From: a virus
Lineage: Duplodnaviria > Caudoviricetes
Direction: 5' to 3' (one strand)
Length of the DNA: 64,000 nt
Virus record (IMG/VR): IMGVR_UViG_3300043567_000723
A program made the position numbers and the translations under genes. The notes beneath the pieces are model-generated. The model did no database searches. It saw only the letters and a program-made list of their open reading frames with translations, and was not told the origin of the DNA. This document shows positions 35,678 through 44,789 of the stretch, one piece after another (positions within the stretch are counted from its first letter, which is position 1; the number at the start of each line of letters is the position of its first letter).

Positions 35678-36625
35678 ATGAATAACACGTTGCGTGATAG
35701 CCCGCGTCGTGCTCCGCACTGGCGCTGGCTGCGTGCTGTTGAAATCGACGGCGGTGGTTTTCGCGCGTCCCGGAATATTGACGGGCCCGATGGTTTTATC
35801 TGGATTCGCCGCGCCCTAAAACTCAAGCGGCATTTTGAGCGAGCTAATAACAGGCCGCAGGCGGTATACGCGCTGCTGTACCGAGACCGCGACCTGTTCT
35901 GGGCGCATGCGATTTGGAGCGAAGATAAGTCGCCAACGCGCTGGGCAATAGAGGCGCGTATTTTAGCTGGCCAGACAGACGAAGAAATTGCGCAAAAAGC
36001 TGGCACAGAACCGGGCGTCATCGCAGCTTACGCAAATACATTTTTCGACGTACGCGATAAATTAGATCGCATGGATTACGTCCAAAACGTAGTTATGGCT
36101 GACGCCGTAACGCGTGGGCTACAGGAGCGGCACTATGACCTGCTCTGGAAATTGCTCGGTTTTCGCGGCGGTCCTCACGTAATTGATGCAGTAATTAATA
36201 AGTTTCCAAACGTGAATCGCCCAGAAAACGCGGACGGTGTTTCTGGCTATTTTCAAGATATGGCGATCAGTAGCATGAAATATAAGGCCGCCATAGCCAG
36301 TTTGAGCGTTCCAATTAATACACATACACAGTTACCATTGCTCGATTCTTTTGTAAAATATGTAGAAATCGAGCGGACGACGGATAGTACCAGCAAGGCA
36401 CACGCAACGATTGTCGAAAATATCGGCGCGATGTTATCTGCACTTCCGTTCAAAGTGGGTACAAAACTGGATTCGGCAGCTATAAAAATGTTACCTTACG
36501 ATAACGGGGCTGCCGAGTTACGAAACGATGAAATGATGATTGTGGCTACTGGCGGCTCGCTGGATAATCAAACGATCATCCAAGCACTGCATTACCCGGA
36601 GAATACCGATGCGGGCACTAAGTAA
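35678..36625 (+). CDS. Hypothetical protein (head module)
   Basis: 315-aa ORF abutting the upstream stop. Confidence 0.75.
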   Translation: MNNTLRDSPRRAPHWRWLRAVEIDGGGFRASRNIDGPDGFIWIRRALKLKRHFERANNRPQAVYALLYRDRDLFWAHAIWSEDKSPTRWAIEARILAGQTDEEIAQKAGTEPGVIAAYANTFFDVRDKLDRMDYVQNVVMADAVTRGLQERHYDLLWKLLGFRGGPHVIDAVINKFPNVNRPENADGVSGYFQDMAISSMKYKAAIASLSVPINTHTQLPLLDSFVKYVEIERTTDSTSKAHATIVENIGAMLSALPFKVGTKLDSAAIKMLPYDNGAAELRNDEMMIVATGGSLDNQTIIQALHYPENTDAGTK

Positions 36626-37994
36626 AGAAGCTGAGCAAAAATTAATTAGCGCTATTGAACGCGCGGCCTCCCTTGTTAACGATGGCGCCAACCCAAACGA
36701 CGCCATTGTTAAAAGCGCTTCGGACGCTAACATCCCAGCCGGGCACATTAATCTTATGGTGCACGCCTACAACACTGGCCGTACCACGAAGCAGCGCGAG
36801 CAGGGTTCTAATCCGCTAGAGAAAGCAGCAGACTTTCAATTAGCAAATGCAGATACCGTTATGGCGCGCTTATATCCGCAACAAGTCAAGACATCGGCAG
36901 AACTGACGCAGTCGTCTGTTGTGTCGGCTGAGTACGCTATATCGCCGCGCGGTTTCATCGGCCGCCGAAACGCTGAGATGCAGAAAGCTGCCGCCGCTCA
37001 GTCGATTCTCCCGGAAAAGACTTTCGTACCAGCACCCCGCGACGATCATTCAGCCGCCCGTCGTGCTTACAGCCAGCAAGTTGCCGAAAAGCGTGCGGCT
37101 GAAGAACTTCGTCGGCAAGCAACCGCGGCGCATATGAAAGCTGCCGCGGCCATGGAAGATCTTTGTCATTACTTTCGTGTACCCGGCAGCATGGCGTTTA
37201 ACGACGCTGTTCGCGAGGTCGGTTTGCGGCTTGGTGACATCGGCGTCTCAACACTCAAGAAAGCCGCTGCTGTATACCCGCAGTTAGAGAAACAAGCCGC
37301 CACGAACGAGAACTTTTTCGGTAATTTGCCCGTGGTCACGCTTGTTGAGGACGTTATTCGCGCCGTTGGTTCGTATAACGACGCGCAAAGCAAAATTGCC
37401 GCAACGCAAACCAAGGCAGCTGAATTCGGTAAGAAAGAAGTACCAGAAATTATTACAGGTTCGATCCTGCATGACCCCAAGACAGCTCCGCTAGCTTTAA
37501 AAGTGGCTGCTGTTGTCGGTAAAGGAAAAAAAAAACCTGATAGTCCAGAACCTGCCCCGTTAGGCTCGTATAGCGGCGTGTTATCGCACATGGGCAAAAT
37601 TATGGGTCCCGGCGCTGCTATTGCTAAAAGCGAAACAGACAGCGACCCGACGCGGCAAAAAGCCAAAGCGTTTATGAGCATGTCTGACGCCGACCACGAA
37701 AATAAACTTCAGCAGATTAAATCGCGCGGCGTGTTAAATGATCTCATCCTGAACGACCCTGTAATCTCTGGTTATGACCCGCACGAAGTAGCTTCTGCTT
37801 ATAATCAGATCGCCGAAATGGCTCCTAACTTTACCGGACAAAGCGCGGCTATGCAGGCGTTACTTCGCAAACGGTTAGAGGCGGGTCAGCTGGCTGATTT
37901 TGACGTAAAGCAAATGATTGAAATGGAAAAACTGCGCGCTGAGAGTTTAAAGTCAAATCTTGAAGCGCAGCAAAAAGCTCGTGAACTCCTGTAG
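36609..37994 (+). CDS. Helical KxA-rich protein
   Basis: ATG 36609; VKTSA, QKAAA, EKQAA, TKAAE, LKVAA. Confidence 0.7.
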   Translation: MRALSKEAEQKLISAIERAASLVNDGANPNDAIVKSASDANIPAGHINLMVHAYNTGRTTKQREQGSNPLEKAADFQLANADTVMARLYPQQVKTSAELTQSSVVSAEYAISPRGFIGRRNAEMQKAAAAQSILPEKTFVPAPRDDHSAARRAYSQQVAEKRAAEELRRQATAAHMKAAAAMEDLCHYFRVPGSMAFNDAVREVGLRLGDIGVSTLKKAAAVYPQLEKQAATNENFFGNLPVVTLVEDVIRAVGSYNDAQSKIAATQTKAAEFGKKEVPEIITGSILHDPKTAPLALKVAAVVGKGKKKPDSPEPAPLGSYSGVLSHMGKIMGPGAAIAKSETDSDPTRQKAKAFMSMSDADHENKLQQIKSRGVLNDLILNDPVISGYDPHEVASAYNQIAEMAPNFTGQSAAMQALLRKRLEAGQLADFDVKQMIEMEKLRAESLKSNLEAQQKARELL

Positions 37995-38002
37995 GACTTA
38001 GC

Positions 38003-38983
38003 ATGAACAACACCGAAGCAAAAGAACTTGCGCGCGGCTTGTCCGGTGTGGCGCTACGCGAGCCGAATGACGCCATGAGCAAAGTGGCTGCAGCCGTTGT
38101 TGACTTACAGTTCAAACAAGCCGCGATTGATCTGCAGCAAATCATCAGCAGCCCGTATACGCAGAATGCTTTACTGGGCGCTGGCGCTGGTGGTTTAATC
38201 GGCGCGCTGCAGGGTAAAAAGAAACGCCGCGCCGTGCTTGATTACGCCTTAATGGGCGGCTTGGGTGGTCTTGGCGCTACCGCAGCAAAAGAAATGTTAT
38301 TAAAACCCGCGACGCCACCCCCGGCCGTTGCTGCAGCCAAATACGATAACAACCCGGTTGGGGCTGCGACTGGCTTGGCTGCTGCTGGCGCTGGTGCCTA
38401 CGGCGGTCGTCAGGTTGCAAACGCAATTGACTCGCACGGCAAACTCAACAGGCTTCTGGGCGCTGATTCGGCAATCGCTAAACAACTACAGCCGACCATC
38501 GACAGCCTGCGCTCTACGAACGGCGCAACAAAAATCACTGAGAACCTTACGGATCATTTGCGGGCTGCGCAGCTTGCTGGTAACCCGTCGCTTGCAACAC
38601 GGCTGCAGTCGTTAGCTCGCGGGAATGACCACATGCCACGTGACGTCGGCCTGCACCTTGAAAATGCCGGTATGACAACGCCATCTTCTGTGGCCGGTCG
38701 CGTGCAATCAGCTCGCGGCGCAGCTCGTGGCAACTTTTTAGGTGGCCTCTTCGGTCGCAACACGGACGACGTCGCTAACTCGATGGCAGCGATTGCCGCC
38801 GAGCCGGCTTCTGGCGTCGGTCGCGCTGGCCGCGGATTAACCGGTTCTCAGTTGCAGCAGGCGCTGCGGCGGTTACCGCGTCGTGGAGGCGCTCTCGTCG
38901 GTCTCGGTTTACCCGTATTAGGTGCGCTGGCCGGTCCAGCGCTTTTAAACAGTTTTAGCAGCGGCGCTGCCGCGGGTGAGTAA
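38003..38983 (+). CDS. KxA Gly-zipper protein
   Basis: SKVAA, FKQAA; GAGAGGLIG, GGLGGLG, GLGLPVLGALAG. Confidence 0.75.
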   Translation: MNNTEAKELARGLSGVALREPNDAMSKVAAAVVDLQFKQAAIDLQQIISSPYTQNALLGAGAGGLIGALQGKKKRRAVLDYALMGGLGGLGATAAKEMLLKPATPPPAVAAAKYDNNPVGAATGLAAAGAGAYGGRQVANAIDSHGKLNRLLGADSAIAKQLQPTIDSLRSTNGATKITENLTDHLRAAQLAGNPSLATRLQSLARGNDHMPRDVGLHLENAGMTTPSSVAGRVQSARGAARGNFLGGLFGRNTDDVANSMAAIAAEPASGVGRAGRGLTGSQLQQALRRLPRRGGALVGLGLPVLGALAGPALLNSFSSGAAAGE

Positions 38984-38985
38984 AC

Positions 38986-40452
38986 ATGAGCATGATCAAA
39001 GTTATTCAACCGCACTCGCAGGATTTCAGCGAGCCGGTCGCCGCGCTAATTAAGATATCTAGTCGCGGCATCATTGGCGCCGACAAGCAAGACCTTGTAA
39101 AACGCGCCGGCGCTGAATTTGCGCACAAACTTGAAAACATCAAGTTTGCCAAAGATGAGATCCCGGTTCACATGATCGCCATCGGGGCTACGGAAGATTA
39201 CGGCCCCAACCGCAACGGCGACGGGTTTAGCCGCGAATGCTGCCAAAACTATCACAACACATTTGAAAAGTACGCCCGTTTTTACCGGGATCACGCCAAT
39301 AAAAATCCGGCAAAAAGTTTCGGCATTGTAAAAGCCAGCGCCTACCACGAGCCGATGCGCCGTATTGAGCTAGTTGTAGCTTTAAACGGCTCTAAAGAAG
39401 CCGCTGATCGTAACGGTGGTTTAATTGCCGATAAGGAAATGGAAAAGCTGGCAAACGACAAAGACATCGCCGTTTCCATGGCCTGCAAGATCCCGTTTGA
39501 TAAGTGCTCTTCCTGCGGCAACACGGCCAAGACACGGGCCGAATACTGTGACGCTGTAGAAAACGGCGGGCACTGCAAGGCTGGCGGTTTACGGCGCAAT
39601 ATCGGGCGCGTTCTAGACGACGGCCACGTACTGCACGCCGATAACCCCAATCCTAGCTTTTTTGATATTTCGCACGTTTTCAGGCCTGCAGACCGCATTG
39701 CGTATGTTTTCGGCAAAGTCGCCGAACTGCAAAAGGCGGCTTCTGCGCACTGTATTTCCGGGGTAGAGCTGGCCGAGCAAATGGGGATTACTGCCCCGAT
39801 TGCCTTTGACGCTGGCGGTACCCCTAGTCGACGGGTGCAAACACAATTAGAGGCGTTAACACAATTAGCGCAGGCTGAGAAGTTAGCTGGTGACGGCGCT
39901 GCGTGGGCCCAGACCGCTCTCGCGTCTAATCCAGTTGTTCAACCGGCTATTGATGTAAATTGCTGCCCGTCTGTTAAAATGTCGGAAGTGTTGCGCGGAT
40001 TAACAGACGCCGGTGTAATCCTGCCTTTGCGGGACTTTCTGGCGTTGACAGTTAAATCAGCCAATGCGAAACTTGTTAGTGCAGTGGCCTACGCGCTGCC
40101 TAACATGTTCTCTAAAGTTGCAAACGATCCTGATGTCGTTGGGTTACTTGAGAACAACGTGTACTATCCAGCAAATGCCGCGTCGCCAAGCGTGCGGGTA
40201 TGGGCTGAAAAAGTAGCACACACACATAGCGTATTACCGAGCAATGTTGAAAAGCGGGCTTATTTAGCCGCTCTTCGCAACGCTCAACCCAGTGAGTTTT
40301 CAACAGATAAACAAGCAAGTGGAGAAGCAGAAACAGCTCTTGCGCAACATTACGCTTTGTATAAGATCGCTGCTTACGCCACAATCTGCGAGAAATATGG
40401 AAATCATTGGTTGACAACAAACCACTGTGTATTGCAAAATTATGTCACATGA
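38986..40452 (+). CDS. Prohead maturation protease (HK97 gp4/S78-like) with inserted Zn-binding segment and C-terminal extension
   Basis: RDHAN (His), AVSMA (Ser), FFDISHVFRPADRIA (xEiSxVxxPA-like); CSSC..YC..HC insert; sits upstream of scaffold and capsid. Confidence 0.8.
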   Translation: MSMIKVIQPHSQDFSEPVAALIKISSRGIIGADKQDLVKRAGAEFAHKLENIKFAKDEIPVHMIAIGATEDYGPNRNGDGFSRECCQNYHNTFEKYARFYRDHANKNPAKSFGIVKASAYHEPMRRIELVVALNGSKEAADRNGGLIADKEMEKLANDKDIAVSMACKIPFDKCSSCGNTAKTRAEYCDAVENGGHCKAGGLRRNIGRVLDDGHVLHADNPNPSFFDISHVFRPADRIAYVFGKVAELQKAASAHCISGVELAEQMGITAPIAFDAGGTPSRRVQTQLEALTQLAQAEKLAGDGAAWAQTALASNPVVQPAIDVNCCPSVKMSEVLRGLTDAGVILPLRDFLALTVKSANAKLVSAVAYALPNMFSKVANDPDVVGLLENNVYYPANAASPSVRVWAEKVAHTHSVLPSNVEKRAYLAALRNAQPSEFSTDKQASGEAETALAQHYALYKIAAYATICEKYGNHWLTTNHCVLQNYVT

Positions 40453-40498
40453 ACGGAAGCTAATCGCTTAACACGATTAGACCCCAAAGGAGAAAGTC

Positions 40499-41878
40499 AT
40501 GGCACGGATGCAACGTTCACTGTTCGCTCAACTTAATGCTCTCGCCGAAGAGATCGCGCAGAGCCCCATCAAGTCGGCTGCTGATAAGTCGGCTTCTCCC
40601 GTGCCGGCTGATCCGGGTGGCTATCAGGGTGCGTCTTCGCATCCGACTACGACCGCCGACAACGGCGTCCAGAATGCTTCGACCGGTGCCCGTGCGTCTG
40701 AGTACGCCGCCGACATCAAGAAGCAGCAGGGCGCTCTTGCTGTAGACAACACACCTGAGCTTTCGCAAGAAGGTCGTCAAGACGAAGTTCAAACGAACAT
40801 TGGTCTTGCCGCTAAGGCGACTGGCGAAGATCCCGCCAATGAAAAAGATTTCAAGGGCACGAAAGATGATCCGGGTACTTCGTCGCCGGTTAAGGCCGAT
40901 GACGGCGAAAAGTATAGCACGGTAACTTTCAAAGAAGCCCGTGAGCGCGCTGGCAACCTCGGTAACGATATCCTCGCTAACCTCATCAACTTTGGTGTTA
41001 GCAATCTTCAAGGTGAGAAGGCCGCTGAAATGCCGGCTTTCCTCAAGGAGAAGATGGAAGGAAAAAAAGAGGAAGCCGGTGAATCCGCCAAGCACGAGGC
41101 CACTGAATCACCGGCTGCTGAAAAGGCCGAACACAGCGGCTTAAAGGGCGACCAGCACAAGCTCGACACCGACAACGACGGTAAGATCGAAGGTTCTGAT
41201 CTTGCTGCGCTTCGGAACGACAAGGCTGCTGCCTTCAAGGCTGGTTATGAACTTGCTGCGCATCTCGGTCTGAACAAAGAAGCTGCTGAAGCTTCTGTTC
41301 GCGACGTGTGCGCTAACACGCTTCGTGAAGCCGACGAGATGGCTGACCTGTTCATTGGCTTTGTAACTTCGAAGTCCGCTGCTGCTGATCCGACCGAAGA
41401 AGCTGCCGAAGGCGAAGATCACTCTGCCCCCGGCGACGCCGACTCGGGCATGGGTGACGCCCCGGCTGCCGCGCCTGCTGGCCTTGAGGCCATGATGGGT
41501 GGCGAGGGTGGTGCTCCTGATATGGCGCCCGAAGAGACCGCCGGCGGCGAGCCGTCGGAGGACGAGGCTGTGCAGGAACTTGCTATGGCGCTTCAAGAAC
41601 TCGGCATCCCGCCGGAAGCTCTTCTGCAAGCCCTGTCGCAAGGTGGCCAAGGTGGCGGTGACGCCGCTGGCGCTCCCGCGATGGAGCCGCCGATGGACCC
41701 GGCTATGGCCGGCGCTGACCCGAAGATGGCCGCGGCTAACGACCTTAACCTGATCGGTCACGCTGTTGTTAACTTTAAGCGCGCCGGTAAGTTTCAGATC
41801 AAAGAAGCCCGCACAAAGCGTTCGCGCGAACTGCGGGACATGATGAAACAGCACGTTCTTGAACTCGTAAACCGGTGA
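40499..41878 (+). CDS. Putative scaffolding/core protein
   Basis: Acidic, Ala-rich, low complexity, between protease and capsid; many KxA sites. Confidence 0.6.
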   Translation: MARMQRSLFAQLNALAEEIAQSPIKSAADKSASPVPADPGGYQGASSHPTTTADNGVQNASTGARASEYAADIKKQQGALAVDNTPELSQEGRQDEVQTNIGLAAKATGEDPANEKDFKGTKDDPGTSSPVKADDGEKYSTVTFKEARERAGNLGNDILANLINFGVSNLQGEKAAEMPAFLKEKMEGKKEEAGESAKHEATESPAAEKAEHSGLKGDQHKLDTDNDGKIEGSDLAALRNDKAAAFKAGYELAAHLGLNKEAAEASVRDVCANTLREADEMADLFIGFVTSKSAAADPTEEAAEGEDHSAPGDADSGMGDAPAAAPAGLEAMMGGEGGAPDMAPEETAGGEPSEDEAVQELAMALQELGIPPEALLQALSQGGQGGGDAAGAPAMEPPMDPAMAGADPKMAAANDLNLIGHAVVNFKRAGKFQIKEARTKRSRELRDMMKQHVLELVNR

Positions 41879-41895
41879 TAACACGGAGGTTTTTA

Positions 41896-42321
41896 ATGTC
41901 TACTGCAAATAACGCGCTCGTACAGAAAATCATCGATTACATCGGTTACTCCGATGCCGCGATGACCAAAGCCGCCGCCGCCGACAAGGCGCAGGTTGAA
42001 ACCAGCGAGAAGCTGGCCAGCCTGATCCCCGAAGCCGTAAAGGTGTGCGTGGAGAACGAGCGGATTGAAGCTCACCAGAAAGAAGCGCTCGCTGCAGCTC
42101 TTCAAGATCCGGTGCGCACAATGGAACTTGTTATCAAATTAGCTGCGCATAAAAACGCTGCTGAAATGGCTCGCCTTGGTACACCGGTCGCCACAAAGAC
42201 GGCCGGCTATGACCCGACGAGCAGCCTGACGAGCGGGTATGTGGGTGCCCGCGATGGTCGCCTCAAGGCTTCTGATGTGAAATTTTTCACTGGCCTTGGT
42301 CTCAACCCGCCCACTACCTGA
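41896..42321 (+). CDS. Small helical KxA head protein
   Basis: CACGGAGG RBS before ATG 41896; TKAAA, EKLAS, TKTAG. Confidence 0.7.
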   Translation: MSTANNALVQKIIDYIGYSDAAMTKAAAADKAQVETSEKLASLIPEAVKVCVENERIEAHQKEALAAALQDPVRTMELVIKLAAHKNAAEMARLGTPVATKTAGYDPTSSLTSGYVGARDGRLKASDVKFFTGLGLNPPTT

Positions 42322-42376
42322 GTTTCGTCCCTTACCTGAACACGTTTCCAATTGCTAAAGACACGGAGGTCTAACA

Positions 42377-42964
42377 ATGCCTGCTCCTGATCTTATGTTT
42401 GAACACGGCCTTGACGTCAAAAAGGGCTGGTTTGATATGGCGTCCCTTGACTACTCGGCCAAGCTGAAAAGCACGGTCTCTTACGATGTTCCGCGCGGTC
42501 GCGTGGTGCATCTGCAGAAAGAGAGCGGCAAGGACGTTTTCGCCCCCGGTGTTTCCACCACGGGTGTTGCTATTTTCTTGCTGAACGGTTCGGCAGATGC
42601 TGACGTCAGCAATCCGGGTACCACAGCGTCCGGCGCCTTCATGCATCAGGCTGTTTCGCCCTCGGGCAAACTGTCGGGTCTTGTCGCGACCGGTGGTTAT
42701 GAAATTGCCACCACCGAGTACGTGAAGACGTCCGGCAATCCTGCTGTGGCCGTGGTTTACAGCCCCGGCGATCTTCTGACTGCTCCCACCACCGGCGGCT
42801 CGACTGTCGAGGGCGTGCTGACGAAAGCCAGCGCTGTGCAGTACGTAAACCCGGTTTGCGGTGTTGTTTCGAGCGGCGCGGCCAAGAACCACAATGGCGT
42901 GGACACGCTTTCCTTCTGGTGCGTGTACCTGCCGGCTGGCACCGCGGCGACAATCAACGCTTGA
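42377..42964 (+). CDS. Putative capsid decoration/cement protein
   Basis: Gly/Thr/Val-rich beta protein directly upstream of the MCP. Confidence 0.55.
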   Translation: MPAPDLMFEHGLDVKKGWFDMASLDYSAKLKSTVSYDVPRGRVVHLQKESGKDVFAPGVSTTGVAIFLLNGSADADVSNPGTTASGAFMHQAVSPSGKLSGLVATGGYEIATTEYVKTSGNPAVAVVYSPGDLLTAPTTGGSTVEGVLTKASAVQYVNPVCGVVSSGAAKNHNGVDTLSFWCVYLPAGTAATINA

Positions 42965-43003
42965 TCTATCCCTAACTAATTCAGGAACATGGAGGTTCCC
43001 AAA

Positions 43004-43930
43004 ATGCCCACTCAGCAAGAAATCCAACTGCTTAACGAGACGCTTTTTGAGCAGCTTGATACCCCCGGCATGCAAAAGCAGGCCATTGATGCGGTTAACG
43101 ATTTCACGCGCACCAAGATGCGTGAAGACGGGTTCTACCGGCGGATTATGCCGCCGCTGACTATCACCAACGACGAGCTGGACCGTCAGGTTGACACTGA
43201 CAAGCCCGTCAAGGTTGTGGACAAGGAGCCCGATTCCCCGGCGGCTGTGTCGCTTCCGTTCGCGACGCTCCCGATCAACTTCTACATCCGTGGCCCGCGC
43301 TACCGCGTCATGTTTGACCGGATCGTGTCGCCCCGCGCTGTGAAGGACGTCGACGAGCTGCGTACGTATGTCATCGACATCCGTCAGGTTCTGTCGGACA
43401 ACATGATCAAGGACATGCTGGCTGAAGAGGACGGCAAGTTTATTGCCGCCTTCAACGCCGTCCTGCCGACTGCTGGTGTTGCTAACGTCGCTAGCGGCGT
43501 TGTGCAGTACGAGGAGATCAGCGGTGGTATCACCCGCGAAACGCTGGTGGACGCCCTGAAGGTCATGCCGCGCACGCCGTCGCACTTTGAGGTTGAAACT
43601 TGCCTCGTGAATAACATCACGATCAAGGAACTCCTCAAGTTCGGCCGCGACGAAATGGGCGGTGACTTCTCGCAGGACATCATCAAGAACGGTTGGGCGG
43701 AAACCAACTTCCTCAACTGCCGCTGGATCGTCACGATCAAGCGCGACCTCGTTCCCGATGATGCCATGTTCATGTTCGCCTCGCCGAAGTTCATCGGCAA
43801 GAACTACGAGCTGGAGCCCACCACGATGTACATCCGTCGTGAGGCGTTCATGCTTGAGTACTTTGCGTATCAAACATCCGGCGGCTCGTTCGGCCATACG
43901 AACGGTCTCGCTCGGGTTGACTTCAAGTAA
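43004..43930 (+). CDS. Major capsid protein (HK97 fold), 308 aa
   Basis: Position after protease/scaffold/decoration; RIVSPRAVKDVDELR and DMLAEEDGKFI match HK97/encapsulin-like patterns. ATG 43004 preferred because GGAGG lies at 42991-42995. Confidence 0.78.
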   Translation: MPTQQEIQLLNETLFEQLDTPGMQKQAIDAVNDFTRTKMREDGFYRRIMPPLTITNDELDRQVDTDKPVKVVDKEPDSPAAVSLPFATLPINFYIRGPRYRVMFDRIVSPRAVKDVDELRTYVIDIRQVLSDNMIKDMLAEEDGKFIAAFNAVLPTAGVANVASGVVQYEEISGGITRETLVDALKVMPRTPSHFEVETCLVNNITIKELLKFGRDEMGGDFSQDIIKNGWAETNFLNCRWIVTIKRDLVPDDAMFMFASPKFIGKNYELEPTTMYIRREAFMLEYFAYQTSGGSFGHTNGLARVDFK

Positions 43931-43965
43931 TGTCGTGTAAGGATTAACACCTAAAGGAGCACGTT

Positions 43966-44352
43966 ATGGATAACGTTAAAGAGGCGGCAGAGCAAGCGTA
44001 TGCCACCATCGTGGCGGAACTTGCCGCGCCGTATTTCTTCGAGAAGCTTGCCGCGCATGGGATTGCCCCGCGCACGGAAGGCGAGGCCGCAGAAATGTGG
44101 TCGGCCGCTTCCAAGCTTCATGTGCTCTACACGGCGGAGCAAGAAAAGGCCGCGGCTGCGCAAGCATCCGAGCTAGCTGCTACTAACCAGCAGCTGGACG
44201 CGATGCTTGCCGCCGCGGGCCTTGGCGGCACAGTTGAAAAGGCGGCTGCTTTCGGCGGCGCGGCTAACGTCGCAGCGGATCAACCTGAGATCGCTCAGGC
44301 TGTTCTGGTGCTTCAAGCCGCGGCTGCTACAGCTCTGCAAAGCGCATCTTGA
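43966..44352 (+). CDS. Small Ala-rich KxA protein
   Basis: VKEAA, EKLAA, EKAAA (twice); SD AAGGAG. Confidence 0.75.
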   Translation: MDNVKEAAEQAYATIVAELAAPYFFEKLAAHGIAPRTEGEAAEMWSAASKLHVLYTAEQEKAAAAQASELAATNQQLDAMLAAAGLGGTVEKAAAFGGAANVAADQPEIAQAVLVLQAAAATALQSAS

Positions 44353-44370
44353 AGAATGGAGTAACTAACA

Positions 44371-44694
44371 ATGCCAGTACCCGGTTTATACACGACAGTT
44401 AAGAACACTTCGGGCGCTGCCCGCGTGTTCGGTTTCCTTGGCGCCCACGGCAAGCGGCTCGAATCAAACGCAACCTACACGGTTCCGGGCGATCTCGTGG
44501 CTAAGCTTGGCAACGGCGGTAGGGACAGTCAGCGACAATTCAAGGCGCTTGAAAAGGCCCTTGAAACAAACAAGATCGACATTTTAAGCTCGCCCGCTGT
44601 TTACCTGCTCGACGCGAACGACAATAGCGTCGATCAGCTGCGGGTCAACGCCAACACTCTCGGCACGGTAACGCCGCCGACAGGTTGGACTTGA
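44371..44694 (+). CDS. Small putative structural protein
   Basis: Last gene of the capsid operon; SD GGAG. Confidence 0.65.
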   Translation: MPVPGLYTTVKNTSGAARVFGFLGAHGKRLESNATYTVPGDLVAKLGNGGRDSQRQFKALEKALETNKIDILSSPAVYLLDANDNSVDQLRVNANTLGTVTPPTGWT

Positions 44695-44721
44695 TTAAAA
44701 GCAAATCGGTCTGAATCTTTA

Positions 44722-44759
44722 CAAGGGCTGGCTGCGTAAGCGGCCAGCCCTTGCTGTTT
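44722..44759 (+). terminator. Intrinsic terminator after capsid operon
   Basis: CAAGGGCTGGCTGC-GTAA-GCGGCCAGCCCTTG 14-bp stem with GNRA loop, then CTGTTT. Confidence 0.75.
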
Positions 44760-44789
44760 GTATACTAGAGCTATAGCACGGAGGGATAT

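Noticed and set aside
32900-37994. Portal or terminase assignment for the large ORFs
   Set aside because: No Walker A/B or nuclease motifs and no recognisable portal pattern; left as hypothetical.
42371-43897. Long minus-strand ORF (508 aa) opposite decoration/MCP genes, and similar ones at 48654-49925, 41141-41884 and 33797-34528
   Set aside because: Antisense shadows of strongly codon-biased + strand genes; no RBS or recognisable motifs.
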